Shown here: positions 18,953 through 32,677 of the stretch, in pieces
Layout: each line of letters opens with the position of its first letter
Numbering within the stretch: the stretch's first letter is position 1
Source: the human T2T-CHM13v2.0 reference genome, Homo sapiens
Length of the DNA stretch: 64,000 bases
NCBI RefSeq assembly: GCF_009914755.1
Contig: NC_060925.1
Reading direction: 5' to 3' (one strand)
The notes under the pieces: model-generated
Told to the model about the DNA's origin: nothing
The model's database searches: none
Seen by the model: only the letters and a program-made list of their open reading frames with translations
Program-made: the position numbers and the translations under genes

Positions 18953-19470
18953 TTTTTTTCTTTTTTTTATTATTATACTTTAAGTTTTAGGGTACATGTG
19001 CACAATGTGCAGGTTAGTTACATATGTACACATGTGACATGCTGGTGCGCTGCACCCACCAACTCGTCATCTAGCATTAGGCATATCTCCCAATGCTATC
19101 CCTCCCCGATCCTCCCACCCCACAACAGTCCCCAGAGTGTGATGTTCCCCTTCCTGTGTCCATGTGTTCTCATTGTTCAATTCCCACCTATGAGTGAGAA
19201 TATGCGGTGTTTGGTTTTTTGTTCTTGCAATAGTTTACTGAGAATGATGATTTCCAATTTCATCCATGTCCCTACAAAGGACATGAACTCATCATTTTTT
19301 ATGGCTGCATAGTATTCCATGTTGTATATGTGCCACATTTTCTTAATCCAGTCTATCATTGTTGGACATTTGGGTTGGTTCCAAGTCTTTGCTATTGTGA
19401 ATAGTGCCGCAATAAACATATGTGTGCATGTGTCTTTATGGCAGCATGATTTATAGTCCTTTGGGTATAT
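18953..19470 (-). mobile_element. L1PA3-like 3' end, 5'-truncated
   Basis: ORF 19177-19419 is the ORF2 C-terminus (MFIAALFTIAKTWNQPKCP). Young 3' UTR. Confidence 0.93.
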
Positions 19471-21104
19471 TATTAGTCATTCTACAGCTGTTTGCTATAG
19501 AATTATTTGCTATAATTATATAATTTGCTATAATTATTCTGGAACTGCACTCTGCTTGTGCATTAAAAGATATGTTTTCTGGGTATCTACTTTTGGCTGA
19601 TTGTTCTCTATTCTTTCAATTATCATTTTAGTAACTAACTTCTCTTCCTTCATGCTCCCATAGAAATCTGAGCCTATATATTCTTTGCACTAATATTGAA
19701 CTTAATTAATTTGTCGCATGCCTGCCTTTCTTACATAAAGACAAATTTGCTTAGGAATGGAGACTATTTTTAATTCATTGTTCTATCCTAATTGCTTAGT
19801 ATATTGTTAGGTATGTAAAAAGGGACAACACACTTCTTTTGATGAAGTAACTTGAACTGAAATTTTAGTAGGGATAATCTGCAGGGAAAAAGTCAAGATT
19901 TAAAAACTATCTATAGAAAAATGATATAATTATTACCATAGCAAATTGTAACCCCCAAAAATATTTTGGGAGATAAAAGAGTAACAGAATTTGAATAACC
20001 TAGTTCTGTGCAAACATGGAATAGTAATAAACCAACCTAAACTGGTAGAATTAGTTTGATTCTAGATAATGAAATTCACTAAAATGCGTTTCACCTTGGT
20101 CACATTTGTTCTCTTTAACTTTCAATTTCTCTCTTTCAGTCACGCTAGTGAATTAAGTATGTTAAAAAAAAGGTTGGGCAAAGATATGATTTTGAGTGTA
20201 TAGAAGTTTAACATGTCACAATTGTAGAGATTTTTATGTTTGCATTTCAGAGGAAACAAAATATTGGCTAGTAGCAAGAGCATAAAAGACAAAGTTGGCA
20301 GCAGAAAACTATTTAGTAAATTTGCACAAGTGAACATACTGAAGTGAGAAGTTTTAGGATGAAAATATAGGGGAAATTCAACTAAATTATCCTAGTATCA
20401 AGGTATGTAATATTAATTGTATTTTCAATAAATAAGAATGTTGAGATTATTCCTTTAGGCTAAGTTTAAAAATGTATGAATAAGCAAGTTTTCCCTAAGT
20501 TTAAAGTGCCTTTCCAAAAATATAGGATTTGTAGATAGAAATAAATTTAAAAGACAGGGCCTCCTGGCCTAGAACTGAGTAAATTAACTGGGAACACAGC
20601 AGGGTTTTATTATTGAGGAAGAAATTAGCTCACTGCCTTTTTAAACACAATTTGGGAAACTGTGAGTTCACTAGAAGGCAAAGTAAGAAATATATTTGAC
20701 CGTAATGAGATGCATTAATTAACTCCTGTCAAGCTCTCTAATATGTTCTTTAATTTTCTTCCACTCCTCCCCTTTTCTTCCTTTTCTCCTCCCTCCTCTC
20801 CTTTCCTCTCTTGTCCCCTCGTCTCCGCTCTCTTTCTCCTTAATGTTCCTGATTCCTCATATTTTACATTTAGTGCAAAGGACTAGGACCATAGTAGCCA
20901 TTCAAAATGATATAGGAATTATATTTCACTATCTTGTATTCAAGGAATAAATAATTAGTTTGTGAACTAGTTAATTAATGATCCTTCATCTTTCATTCAC
21001 AAACCGTTTTCTTTTTTCTTTGTCAGTTCTACCAAACCTACTCGCTCTACAAAGATGAATAAAGCAAGATATCTTTTTGTCAAGGTGCTCAGGATAACTA
21101 GTAT

Positions 21105-21281
21105 AGTAGCATCGAAGCATATGAAAGAGTATAAAAATCACTTGTGACGTTTTAAAATACAAGTAGTCAAGCCCACCAAGACATACTGAGTCAAAGCCTC
21201 TGGGGGTAGAGTCCAATGTTCATATTTTCTGAAAAGGCTCACAGTTAACTCTAATATTTACCAAGGGATGATGACAGCTGG
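21105..21281. mobile_element. MER5-like DNA transposon fossil
   Basis: aatcacttg...ttaaaatac...tactgagtcaaagcctctggggg...aactctaat. Confidence 0.6.
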
Positions 21282-23656
21282 CAATTGGAGCACAAAAATA
21301 CATAATGGAGTACAAATGGTATAACAGTATTATGAAAAAGGTGGTTCTGATTGAAAATTTTGGTTGAAAATATCTGAATACTTGTTTAAGTGCTTGATTC
21401 AGCTATGACAATACTGGTATTTTCTGCCAATACATTTGCAGCTTCTTTCTATTACAGATGATATGAATGTCCTCTCACTAACACCACGTTGCCAAATGTG
21501 TTTGTGTTTTTGGGGGCGGAGGGTGCCATTTCATCACTTAAAAAGAAACTTACAGTACAGAATACATGGAATTCTAGCAAATTTCAGGAGTTAACACACT
21601 TCTCTTTCTTCTTTCTTCCTTCCTTTTCTCTTTCTTTTGTTACTGTATGACAAATACTGTTTTAAGTATTGATGAATTAGCTGTGAACAAAATACAAAAT
21701 AGGCAAACTTCACTTTCAGGAGGTAACATTTCAGTCTGAGGAGAAAAAAAATAATCATATTAACTACTAAATGAATTAATTTCAGATTCAATAAACAATA
21801 ACATGAAGATAAAATATGTAATCATAGAAAATGACTGAGGGGAAGGCGACACTCTAGCCAAAACAGAAATTATATTTAAATTGTTCCAGAAAAATTCAAA
21901 GTAGGGACCATATGAAGATAGGTGGAAGAATATTTCTCACAGAAGAAAAGCACATATAAAGGTCTAAATATGAAGCACACCCTAATGTATTCATGTAGCT
22001 AAAGATGAAAGGCAAGAGATCTCAATATCAAATAGCTGTAATCTAACTCATTTCAGGTCATGATGAAGATACATTCAGTCTACTTTAGCATGTAATGGTA
22101 ACTAACCAAATTTGTATTTCGATTGGTGGTTAACTTTTAAAACAAAAATTGCACACTTTTCTCACCTTTATAATATTTTTTAACTTTTAATTAAGGTTCA
22201 GGGGTACATGTGAAGGTTTGTTACATGAGTGAACTTCTGTCATAGGGGTTTGTTGCACAATATTTCACCAGACAGGTATTAAGCCCAGTATCCAATAGTT
22301 ATCTATTCTGCTCTTTTCTCTCAATTAGACCCTAGTGTTTGTTATTCCTTCTTTGTTTTCATAAGTTCTCATCATTTAGCTCCCACTTATAATTGAGAAT
22401 ATTCAGTATTTGATTTTCTGTTCCTGCATAGTTAGCTAAAGATAATAGCCTCCAGCTCCATCCCTGTTCCCACAAAAGACATAATCTTGGATTTTTATTG
22501 TTGTATAATATTCCATGTTATAAATGTACCACATTTTCTTTATCTAATATGTCATCGAGGGGCATTTAGGTTGATTCCATGTCTTTGCTATTGTAAACAG
22601 TGCTGCAATGAAGATTTGCATGCATGAGTCTTTATAGTAGAATGGTTTATATTCCTTTGGGTATATACTCAGTAATGGGATTTCTGGGTTGAATGACAGT
22701 TCTGCTTATAGCTCTTTCAGGAATTGCAATACTGTTCTCCACAATGGTTGAACTAATTTTGAACTAATTTTACACTCCCACCAACTGTGTATAAGTGTTC
22801 TGTTTTCTCTGTAACCTCACGAGCATCTGTGATTTTTGATTTTTTAAATAATAGTCATTCTGACTGATGTGAGATGGTATCTCATTGTGGTTTTGATTTG
22901 CATTTCTCTAATGATCAGTGATTTCAGCTTTTTCTCATATGCTTGTTGGCGTGTATTTATTTTTCTTTTAAAAAGTGTCTACTCATTTACTTTGCCCACT
23001 TTTTAATGAGGTTGTTCATTTATTTCTAGTAAATTTCTTAACTTCTTTATAGATTCTGGATATTAGACCTTTGTCAAATGCATAGTTTGCAAAAAAAATT
23101 TTCCATTATGTAGGTTGTCTGTTTACTCCATTGATAGTTTCTTTTGCTGTGCAGAATCTGTTAGGTTTAATCAGTTCTCACTTGTCAATTTTTGCTTTTG
23201 TTGTGATTGCTTTTGGTCTTTTTGTAGTGAAATCTTTGTCCTGAAATTTTTGCCTGGTTCTATGTCCTGTAGTATTACCTAGGTTGTCTTCCAGGGTTTT
23301 TATTCTTTGGGGTTCTATATTTAACTCTTTAGTCCATCTTGACTTGATTTTTGTATATGGTGTAAGGAAGGTATCTGGCTTCTATCTTCTGCATATGGCA
23401 ACTGGTTTTTCCAGAAGTATTTATTGAATAGGGAGTCTTTTCCCCACTGCTTGTTTTTGCAAGCTTTGTCAAAAATCAGTAGGTGTGTGGCCTTATTTCT
23501 GGGCTCTCTATTCTGTTCCACTGAACTATGTGCTTGTTTTTGTACCAGTACCATACTGTGTGGGGTACTGTAGTCCTATAGTATAGTTTGAATTAAGATA
23601 ATGTGATGCCTCTAGCTTTGTTCTTTTGCTTAGGATTACCTTGGCTATTCAGGCTA

Positions 23657-25863
23657 TGATATGGTTAGGCTTTGTGTCCCCACACAAATCTAATCTTGAA
23701 TTGTAATCCTCAGGTATTGAAGAAGTGACCCGGTGGGAGGTGATTGAATCAGGGGGTCAGTTTCCATGCTGGTTTCATGATAATGAGTGAGTTCTCATGA
23801 GATCTGATGGTTTTATAAGGGGCTATCCCCAGTTTGGTCTGTCTCTCTCCTGCTGCCATGTAAGATGTGCCTGCTTCCCCTTCTGCCATAATTGTAAGTT
23901 TCCTGAGGCCTCCCCAGCCATGCACAACTGTGTCAATTAAACCTCTTTCCTTTATAAATTACCCAGAAATACTTGGGTATTTCTTTATAGCAGTATGAGA
24001 ACAGATTAATACAATAAATTGGTACCAGGAGTTTGGGGTACTGCTATAAAAATACCTCAAAATGTGAAAGTGACTTTAGAACTAGGTAATGAGCAGAAGT
24101 TGGAACAGTCCAACTTCTGGAGGCCTCAAAGGAAGACAGGAAGATGTGGGAAAGTTTGGAACTTCCTAGAGACTTGTTGAATGGCCTTGACCAAAATGCT
24201 AATGGTAATATGAACAGTGAAGTCCAGGCTGAAGTGGTCTCAGGTGGAGATGGGAACTTATTGGGAACTGGAGCCAAGGTCACTCTTGCTATGTTTAGCA
24301 AAGAGACTGGTGTCATTTTGCCTCTGCCCTAGAGATCTGTGGAACTTTGAACTTGAGAGAGATGACTTGAAATTTGAACTTATGTTTAAAGGAGAAGCAG
24401 GGCATAACAGTTTGGAAATTTTGCAGCCTGATCACATGGTAGAAAAGAAAAACCCATTTTCTGGGAAGGAATTAAAGCCAGCTGCTAAAATTTGAGTAAG
24501 TAATGAAGAAGCTCATATTATTTGCCAAGACAATAGGGAAAATGTCTCCAGAGCATGTCACAGGTCTTCATGGCAGCACCTCACATCACAGGCTCAGAAG
24601 CCCAGGAGAAAAAAAAAATGGTTTCATGGGCTGGACCCAAGTCTCCCCTTCTGTGTGCAACCTCAGGACTTGGTGCCCTGAGTACCAGATGCTCCAGCTC
24701 CAGCCATGGCTGAAAGGTTCCAAAGTACAGCTCAGGCCATTGTTTCAGAGAGTGCAAGTCCCAAGCTTTGGCAGCTTCCATGTATTGTTGGGCCTGTGGG
24801 TACACAGAATTTAAGAATTGAGGTTTGGAAATTTCTGCCTAGATTTCAGAGGATGTATGAAAACTCCTGGATATCCAGGCAGAAATCTGCTGCTGAAGCA
24901 GAGCTCTCAAGGAGAACCTCTGCTAGGGCAATGTGGAAGGCAAATGTGGGGTTGGAGCCCCCATACAGAGTCCCCACTGAGGCACTGCCTAGTGGAGCTG
25001 TGAGTAGAGGGCCACCATCCTCCAGACCCCAGAATCGTAGATCCACTGACAGCTTACACTGCACATCTGGATAAACCACAGGCACTCAATGCCAGCCTGT
25101 GAAGGAGCTGCCCAAGGTCATGGGAGCCCACCCCTTGCATCATTGTGCCCCAGATGTGAGACATGGAATGAAAGGAGATTTTTGGGGAGCTTTAAGATTT
25201 AATGACTGCTCTGCTGGGTTTTAGATGTGCATGGGGCCTTTAGCCCTTTTGTTTTGGCCAAGTACTCCCATTTTGAATGGAAACATTTACCCGATGCTTG
25301 TACCCCCATTGTATCTTGAAAGTAACTAACTTGCTTTTGACTTTACAGTCTTGTAGGTAGAAGGGACTTGCCTTGTCTCACATGAGAATTTGTACCTGGA
25401 TTTTTGGGTTAATGCTGAAATGAATTAAGATTTGGTGAGACTGTTGGGAAGGCATGATTGGTTTTGAAATATGAAACGGACATGAGATTTCAGAGGGGCT
25501 GTGGCAGAACGGTATGATTAGGCTTTGTGTTCCCACCCAAATCTCATCTTAAATTGTAATCCCCAGGTGTTTAGAGAGAGACCTGACGGGAGGTGATTGG
25601 GTCATGGGGTCAGTTTCCCCCATGCTGTTCTCATGATAGTGAATGAGTTATTATGAGATCTGATGGCTTTATAAGGGGCTCTTCCCTTTTTGGTCTTTCT
25701 CTCACCTGCCACCATGTAAGATGTGCCTGCTTCTCCTTCCTCCATGACTACATTTCCTGAGACCTCCAAGCCATGTGGAACTGTGAGTCAATTAAACCTT
25801 TTTCCTTTACAGATTACTATTCTTGGGTATTTCTTTATGGCAGTGTGAGAAAATACTAACACA
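23657..25863 (+). mobile_element. Full-length THE1 (C/D-like) MaLR: LTR 23657-24013, internal region, LTR 25510-25863
   Basis: Two ~355-bp direct LTRs, internal start taaattggtacc, polypurine tract before the 3' LTR, perfect TSD GGCTA (23652-23656, 25864-25868). Confidence 0.95.
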
Positions 25864-26200
25864 GGCTATTTTTTCGTTTCATATAAATTTTAAGTTAGAT
25901 TTTCTAGTTCTGTAAAAAATATCATTGGTAGTTTGATAGATATAGTATTCAATCTGTAATTGCTTTTGGCTGTATGGCTATTTTAAAATATTGAATCTTT
26001 CTTTCCATGAGCATGGGATGTTTTCCCATTTGATTGTGTCTTCTTAGATTTCTTTGAGCAGTGTTCTGTAATTCTCATTGTAGAGATCTTTCACTTCCCT
26101 ATATTCCTAGGTATTTTACTCTTTATATGCCAATTGTGAATGGGATTGCCTTTCTGATTTGGCTCTTGGCTTGGCTGTTGTGGGTGTACAGGAATGCTAG

Positions 26201-26584
26201 CTGGAGATGATGGAATGACCAGCTGCAGAGAGAAGTACCTTCTCTTCTGAGAGCTGCAGAGATGACCTGCTGGCAGAGAGGAGCTACCCTATCTGCTAAG
26301 AGCTTCAGAGACCTGCAGAGACATCAGAATGACTTGCCTGAGGAGAGCAGCCACCTCCTCCAGGACCTCCTGTCTGCTAAGAGCTAACACTTGACAACCT
26401 GCCTACAGAGAGGAGCTACCCACTCTTCTGAGCTGTTCTAACACTAAATAAAACTCTTTTTCTTCACCCTTCACTTGTCTGTGTAACTCATTCTTCCTAG
26501 ACACAGGACAAGAACCTGGGCAAATGCACTGAGGCCACAGTGGCTTCTGACTAGAAAAATCAACACCCCAGACATCTCGTAACA
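26201..26584 (+). mobile_element. 3' half of an LTR18-like (ERVL) LTR
   Basis: Repeated cagagaggagctaccc units, aataaa, terminal caccccagacatctcgtaaca. Confidence 0.7.
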
Positions 26585-29500
26585 CTAAGGGTAGCATGGG
26601 CATTTCTACTGCAGAGGCAGTAGAGAGAGGCTTTCAGTTTCCCCATGGGCCAGAGCTGCTACTTGCTTGATATCTCTGGTGGTGTGTGGCTGGAGGACCA
26701 GGTATGGAGAACCCTACCAGCAAAGAGATGTAGGAATGGGCACTGATATAGCAGTTTGGCCGTTTTCTGTAGGGCTGCTGTGGTATGCTGGGGGCCTGCT
26801 CTACTCCCTAGTCATCTCAGATTTTCCAGTACCTGGAGGTAACAACAATGAAGGCTGTATAACAGCAAAGATAACTGCCTGCCCCTCTCTGGGAGCTCTG
26901 TCCCAGGGATTTACCAAACTGCTGCCAGCCCAAATGCACCTGTAGAAGGTGGCTGAAGACTTCGGTTGGGAGGTCACCTCCAGTGAGGAGAAATGGGACC
27001 AGAGACTCACTTAAAAAAGAAGTTTGGCCATGTTTTCATAAAGCAGCTGTGCTGTGCTGAAGAACCACTTCTGCCACTGGTTGGCTTGGACTCTACAAAG
27101 CCCAATAGCTGGAATAGCTAAGTTGCCCAAACAGCAAAGATGGTGGCCCACCCCTCCCTCTGGGAGCTCCATCCCAGGGAAGTTTTAAATCTCTGTCAGC
27201 TACAGAACACTGATGGGGTGGCTGGCAGCAACCTTGGTTAAGAGGCCCTGCCCAGTGAGCAAGAATAGGATTGGGGACTGGCTTAAAAAAAACAGTATGG
27301 CCATGTTTTCATAGAGCAACTGTGCTGTGCCTGAGGATTGCTTCTGTCCCTGGTAGACTTGGACTATCCAAAGCCCAAAAGCTGGAACAAGTAAGTCCAC
27401 TAAACAGCAAAGATGGTAGCTTCTCTCCCTGAGAACTTCATCTCAGACAGGTGCAATGGTGCTAGTGGTGGCTGACTGGAGTCTTAAACCATTGTGTCTT
27501 ACCTGTGAGGCACCATAGAAGTGGGGCCTTCAGACTGTTACTACTCAGCCTCTTGGATTCAGCCTTTCCTAGGGGTATATACAGGGTTTAACATTCCTCT
27601 TTGGTGGAGTTGCAGCTACTTTTGCTGGAAAGCCCAGAAAGCCTTGGTATCTCGGTTTCCTGTATCTCTGTGTATGCCTGAGTGACTGCTCTGTCAAGAC
27701 TCCATGTAGCTCTGTTAGACTGAAGGCCCTGGTGGAGTGGGTTCACGAAGAGATCTGACCTGAGGGTTGCAAAGATCTGTGGGCGAAGTGTGGTTTCCCG
27801 GGGTCACACATTCACTGACTGCTCCCCTGGACAGGGGAGGTTCCCCTGGCTCTATATTGCTCCCAGACGGGCCACCATCCTACCTTGCTTTTTTCCATTC
27901 TCTGTGGGTCACATTGTTTCCTTGATTAGTCTCAATGCTTGTACCTGGATGTTCCAATTGAAGGTGTGGTATTTACTTGCCCCTTTTATTCTTCTCCATG
28001 AGAACCGTGCACACTAGCTGCTTCTAGTCAGCCATTGTGGCCACACCTCTGATCTTTTATAATTTTGAATGTAAGAGATGATTTGGGTTTTTTCCATTTC
28101 TTTAACCAAAGAAGACTAATTGATAAGGTACATGTTTATTACAGCCTCTATCCCTGCTGTAAGATTTCTGATACAAATATCTCACTGAATTTATCTTTTC
28201 GGTTTAATTTACAGTATATGATTGACTATACATGTAACTATTTTTAATAATATAATCCATATCTATATTTTTATTAATAGGTGTACCAGAAACAATACAA
28301 CTTGACTAACTTTTTCTGTTTCACATAGTTATAAGCCAATATAATTAGCTACTTTGCTATAGGCCTCTTTAAACTTATTGTTGATCACTCAGGTGTGTGT
28401 TGCAGTGATAGCTCATCATACTCTACGAAAACAACTCAAAGTGCATGTAACCCTAATGAAAAAAGTGACGGACTCTGTAATTAGAGAGCATAAAAAATAT
28501 GTTTGAACATAAGTTTGAAACAGCATAATCTAGCGGTAATATAACAGCCAGTACCAGAAGACGTGACTTTGAAAAAAAGTATGTGACTTTTAAAATACAC
28601 ACTATGAAATTGGTTGAATTAAGACATATTTTAAGCTATTTTTTGTGTAGAGGTAAAAATAGAAATTTAAAATATGGAAATTAAAAAGTCTGATTTTCCT
28701 CCTAGGTATATTATTTCTCTAGCTAACATTATATTTCATGGATTTTTTTCTCTGTCATGTTGGCATAGATTCATATTCCTGTTAACTGTATAAATTATAA
28801 TGTAATGTTCTTTTTTAAAAAAAATTGTGTCAGGGTGGTTGCTTTTGTGCCCAGAGCAATATGACAAGTGTATGGCCAAATAAGCTAAACAAACAAGAAA
28901 TTAAAAACATGAATCTGATCAAGAACAATTTTAGAAGAGATTTTAATACATTTTACTGAGTTATACATGTTTCCAAATATAATAGGATTATAACACATAA
29001 AGTAAGGCTCTAAAAAGTTAAAATTAAACCATTGCTATGCATAGTATATTGTGCATGCCATTATAATGGAAAAAAAGCAAACAACTCCTCAAGGTCACAA
29101 TTACTCTGTAATAAACAATTGTTAACAAGTTTGTTAAAGTGTTTACCATTGTTCTGATTTCCAAGCAAGCAGAAACTTTATTATACTAAAGGCAATTAAT
29201 TTTAAAATGCTTCAAATTGCACCTAATGAGCCTACAGGATTCATTACCAGTGAAGGTCACAGAACCAACTAGATCCCTGAATTTATCTTTATCTCTGGTT
29301 GTATGAATGACTAAGCTGAGTATTGGGAGGTCTATCACAGAGCAATCAATCAGACTGCCACCCAGCAATAGGTCTACAGTAAGGCACTCTGTAAGAAGAA
29401 TGTCAGAGGGAATCATATGGACTATGTGCACTACTGTAAGCCCCAATTTTTTTAACGATTTAACTCTAATTTTGTAAAAAAGCTTACTTGAAGTGTCTTA

Positions 29501-29976
29501 TGCTTCTTAACATAAGAAAATAATTAAACATCTTATATTATAGCTAACACATTTATATGGTCTTAAAAATCTACTTGGAATAAAATATTTTATTTTCATA
29601 GGTCAATAAAGTTTCATTGCTAAAGGAGATTATAGCAATGAATAGTAGACAGAATATGACATATCAAAGTCAGTAAATAAGCACCACATAAACCACCTTT
29701 TGGCCACACTGGCTGAGATTGCATTGAAAAGTATTTTTAATTATATTTTGGCATTTATTTGCTTATTCCATCATTAATTTTTATATTTATTTATTTGTCT
29801 CATTATTAATTATTATTTATTTGTTTCATTTTTCATTTTTGAATGATTATTTGTCAAACAACTACTGAACAATAAGTATTAAATAGGGCTGTAGGAATAA
29901 GAAACTAAAAACAAAATGGATTATTCTGTAAAGAAATTTGGACCCTACTGAATAGTGTAAAGTATCCTTTCTAAAT

Positions 29977-30341
29977 TGATATGGTTTGGCTGTGTCCCCT
30001 CCCAAATCTCACCTTAAATCGTAACTCTCACAATTCCCACGTGTTGTGGGAAGAGCCCAGTGGGAGGTGATTGAATTATGAAGGCAAGAATTTCCTATGC
30101 TGTTCTCATGATTGTGAGTAAGTCTCATGGCATCTGATGGTTTTAAAAGTGGGAGTTTTCTTGCACAAGCTGTCTCTCTCTTCGCCTGCTGACATTCTTG
30201 TAAGATGTGACTTGCTCCTCCTTGTCTTCCTCCATGATTGTGAAGCCTCCTCAGCCATGTGGAACTGTAAGTCCATTAAACCTCTTTTTCTTCCCAGTCT
30301 CAGGTATGTCTTTATCAGCAGCATGAAAATGGACTAATACA
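29977..30341 (+). mobile_element. THE1 (A/B-like) solo LTR
   Basis: tgatatggtttggctgtgtcccc...ggactaataca termini. TSD taaat/caaat. Confidence 0.93.
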
Positions 30342-30449
30342 CAAATATAATAATGTATCATTATAGCTGCTACCATAGAAACCCTCTAGCATACATTGGA
30401 ACAACTAATATTTGGTCAATGTAACTAATCCTTAGAAAAATTTTATTTT

Positions 30450-30737
30450 AGCCAGGTGCGGTGGCTCATGCCTGTAATCCCAGCACTTTGGGAGGCCAAG
30501 GCGGGTGGATAACCTGAGGTCAGGAGTTTGAGACCAGCCTGGCCAACATGGCGAAACCCTGTCTCTATTAAAAATATAAAAACTAGCCAGGCTTGGTGGT
30601 TGGCACCTGTAATCCCAGCTACTCAGGAAGCTGAGGCAGGACAATTGCTCGAACCCAGGAGACAGGGGTAGCAGTGAGCCAACATGGTGCCACTGAACTC
30701 CAGCCTCAGTGACAGAGTGAGACTCTGTTTAAATAAA
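30450..30737 (+). mobile_element. AluS (Sx/Sz-like)
   Basis: Full Alu. TSD agaaaaattttatttt / agaaaaatgttatttt. Confidence 0.92.
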
Positions 30738-30761
30738 AGAAAAATGTTATTTTAAAAATCT

Positions 30762-31061
30762 GGCTGGGTGCAGTGGCTCACGCCTATAATCCCAGCACTT
30801 TGGGAGGCCGAAGGGGACAGATCTCTTGAGGCCAGGAATTCAAGACCAGCCTGACCAACATGGTGAAACCCCATCTCTACTAAAAATATAAAAATTAGCC
30901 AGTTGTGATGGTGCACACCTGTAATCTTAGCAACTCAGTAGGCTGAGGCAGGTGAATCTCTTGAACCCAGGAGGTGGAGGTTGCAGTGAGCTGAGATAAC
31001 ACCACTGTACTCCAGCCTAGGTGACAGAGTGAGATCCTGTCTCAAGACAGAATAAAAATAA
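30762..31061 (+). mobile_element. AluS/J (Sz-like)
   Basis: Full Alu. TSD aaaaatct at 30754-30761 and 31062-31069. Confidence 0.9.
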
Positions 31062-32206
31062 AAAAATCTATCCTCATCCAGTAGTATTTTTAAGGAAACA
31101 TTGGTCTGCCTTGATGATGCCAGAAGATTGATTGCAAGTAGTAAAAGAATATGTGAGAATGGAGTTCATGGTAAAGATATTTGGTCAGCATTTTCCATCT
31201 TTAATTAGAGACAATGAAACAATTTTGTAAATTACAAATCATAAATTAGTATTTTTTTGTTTCAGTGACTATCTTCATTCAGTGTAACTTAAAAAAATTA
31301 AAATTTTCTTGTTTAAAATTTACAAAACTAGGTGGAAAAATATAAATAATTCAGCTTTCAAATATATATATTTTTCAGTTTATAGCATGTATTTATACTT
31401 CTGAAGTTATGAAAGCTTAAAATTAGGCTAAAATTTATAGGCACCCTCTGCTCAAATGTGGCCTGAAAAAGAATCATTTAATGCACAATGATTAGGTACA
31501 GGAGAAAAAATAAAGGAAGAAGATTATTTGTAGAGAGGACAAAAGAAAAAGTATTTAAATGAATAAATAAATGGTTCAAATGATTTATTTTGGTAAAATT
31601 AGAATGGGACTGAACAATTCAATGTACATTTTACATCAAGGAGGAGATCATTATTTTATTTGAATGTTGCAAGTAGAAGTAAGTTTCCCAAATGGTATAT
31701 AGGACATGAAAAAATAAAGACAGAGATGGTAATTCACACCATAAAGATGAGAAAGGACAGAAATTGGGGAGTAGCTAGGAGAGTTCAAAGTTAAGTAATG
31801 AATTTTACTTTTGGTGTTTGTGTATAGTTTTTAGTATATTTCAAATATGAACAGACTTTTCAGCTGATAATGAAGGATCCAATGAAATGGAAGTGAAAGA
31901 TTACAAACATAGAAGATAAATAATTGAGCAAAATTCTGAAGTAAATGAAAGTGACCAAATCAGGATCTGAAGTAAAGGACAAAGCCTTAAAAGTAGATTA
32001 GAGGACAAAAAGATAGATTTGTAGGTTTATAGGCATAACTCTTTTATATTGTTTGCTAAGCAAATTATATTTTTAAGCCATTCTTGTATTTTCTATTTAT
32101 ATCAGACATGGCATGAAATTCAGAATTATTCAAGTTCAAATTCTAGCGACTACCTATTAGCTGAGGGATGGTAGAGCAAATAACATTCATGAAAAATTGG
32201 TTCTCT

Positions 32207-32652
32207 TGTAGCAGGACCAGTCTCAGACAAAACCTTTCAGACACCACTTTTAGGAAGGAAGAGGCTTTAATCAGCTGGGAGCATTGGTAGACTCGCATCT
32301 CAAGATCCGAGCTCCTTGATGTAAAGATTCCTCTCCCTTTAGGGCTTACAACTCTAAGGGGTCCAAATGAAAGGGTCGTGATACATTGTGCAAGCAGAGG
32401 CTACATGACTGAGGGCTACATGTCTCAGTGATGGGGGCTAGCAGAATAGAACAGAAAGTTTCACAATGCTTCCTCATACAATGTCTAAAATCTATAGATA
32501 ACACAAGCGGTTAGGTCAGGAGCTGATCTTTAACTACCAGGCCTGGTTCTTGGCACCAAGCCATCTGGCTGTTGATCTCACTTCTGCTTCTTTTTAACTT
32601 TTTGCTTCCTTTTTGAAACAGGAGACAATGGGAGAGGTGGTCTCCTTCCTTA
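32207..32652 (-). repeat. 3' LTR (LTR2 family)
   Basis: Minus strand TAAGGAAGGAGACCACC...CCTGCTACA, preceded by polypurine tract AAGTGGGGGAA (32653-32663). Confidence 0.95.
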
Positions 32653-32677
32653 TTCCCCCACTTGAGAATCTCACTTA

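Larger units (their letters stand above)
22176..28050 (-). mobile_element. Originally full-length L1 (L1PA13-16/L1PB-like): 3' part 22176-26200 (split by THE1) and 5' UTR 26585-28050; middle deleted
   Basis: Antisense 3' UTR and ORF2. The 5' end reads ctagctgcttctagtcagccat. The 5' UTR has ~270-bp monomers. tttataat-like TSD on both sides. Confidence 0.85.

Noticed and set aside
24044-25085. Cluster of overlapping ORFs suggesting a gene
   Set aside because: All fall in the THE1 internal region and are fragments of the decayed MaLR ORF or antisense noise.
26750-27430. Three ~270-bp tandem units as a novel array
   Set aside because: They lie within the L1 5' UTR and fit the known monomer repeats of older primate L1 promoters.
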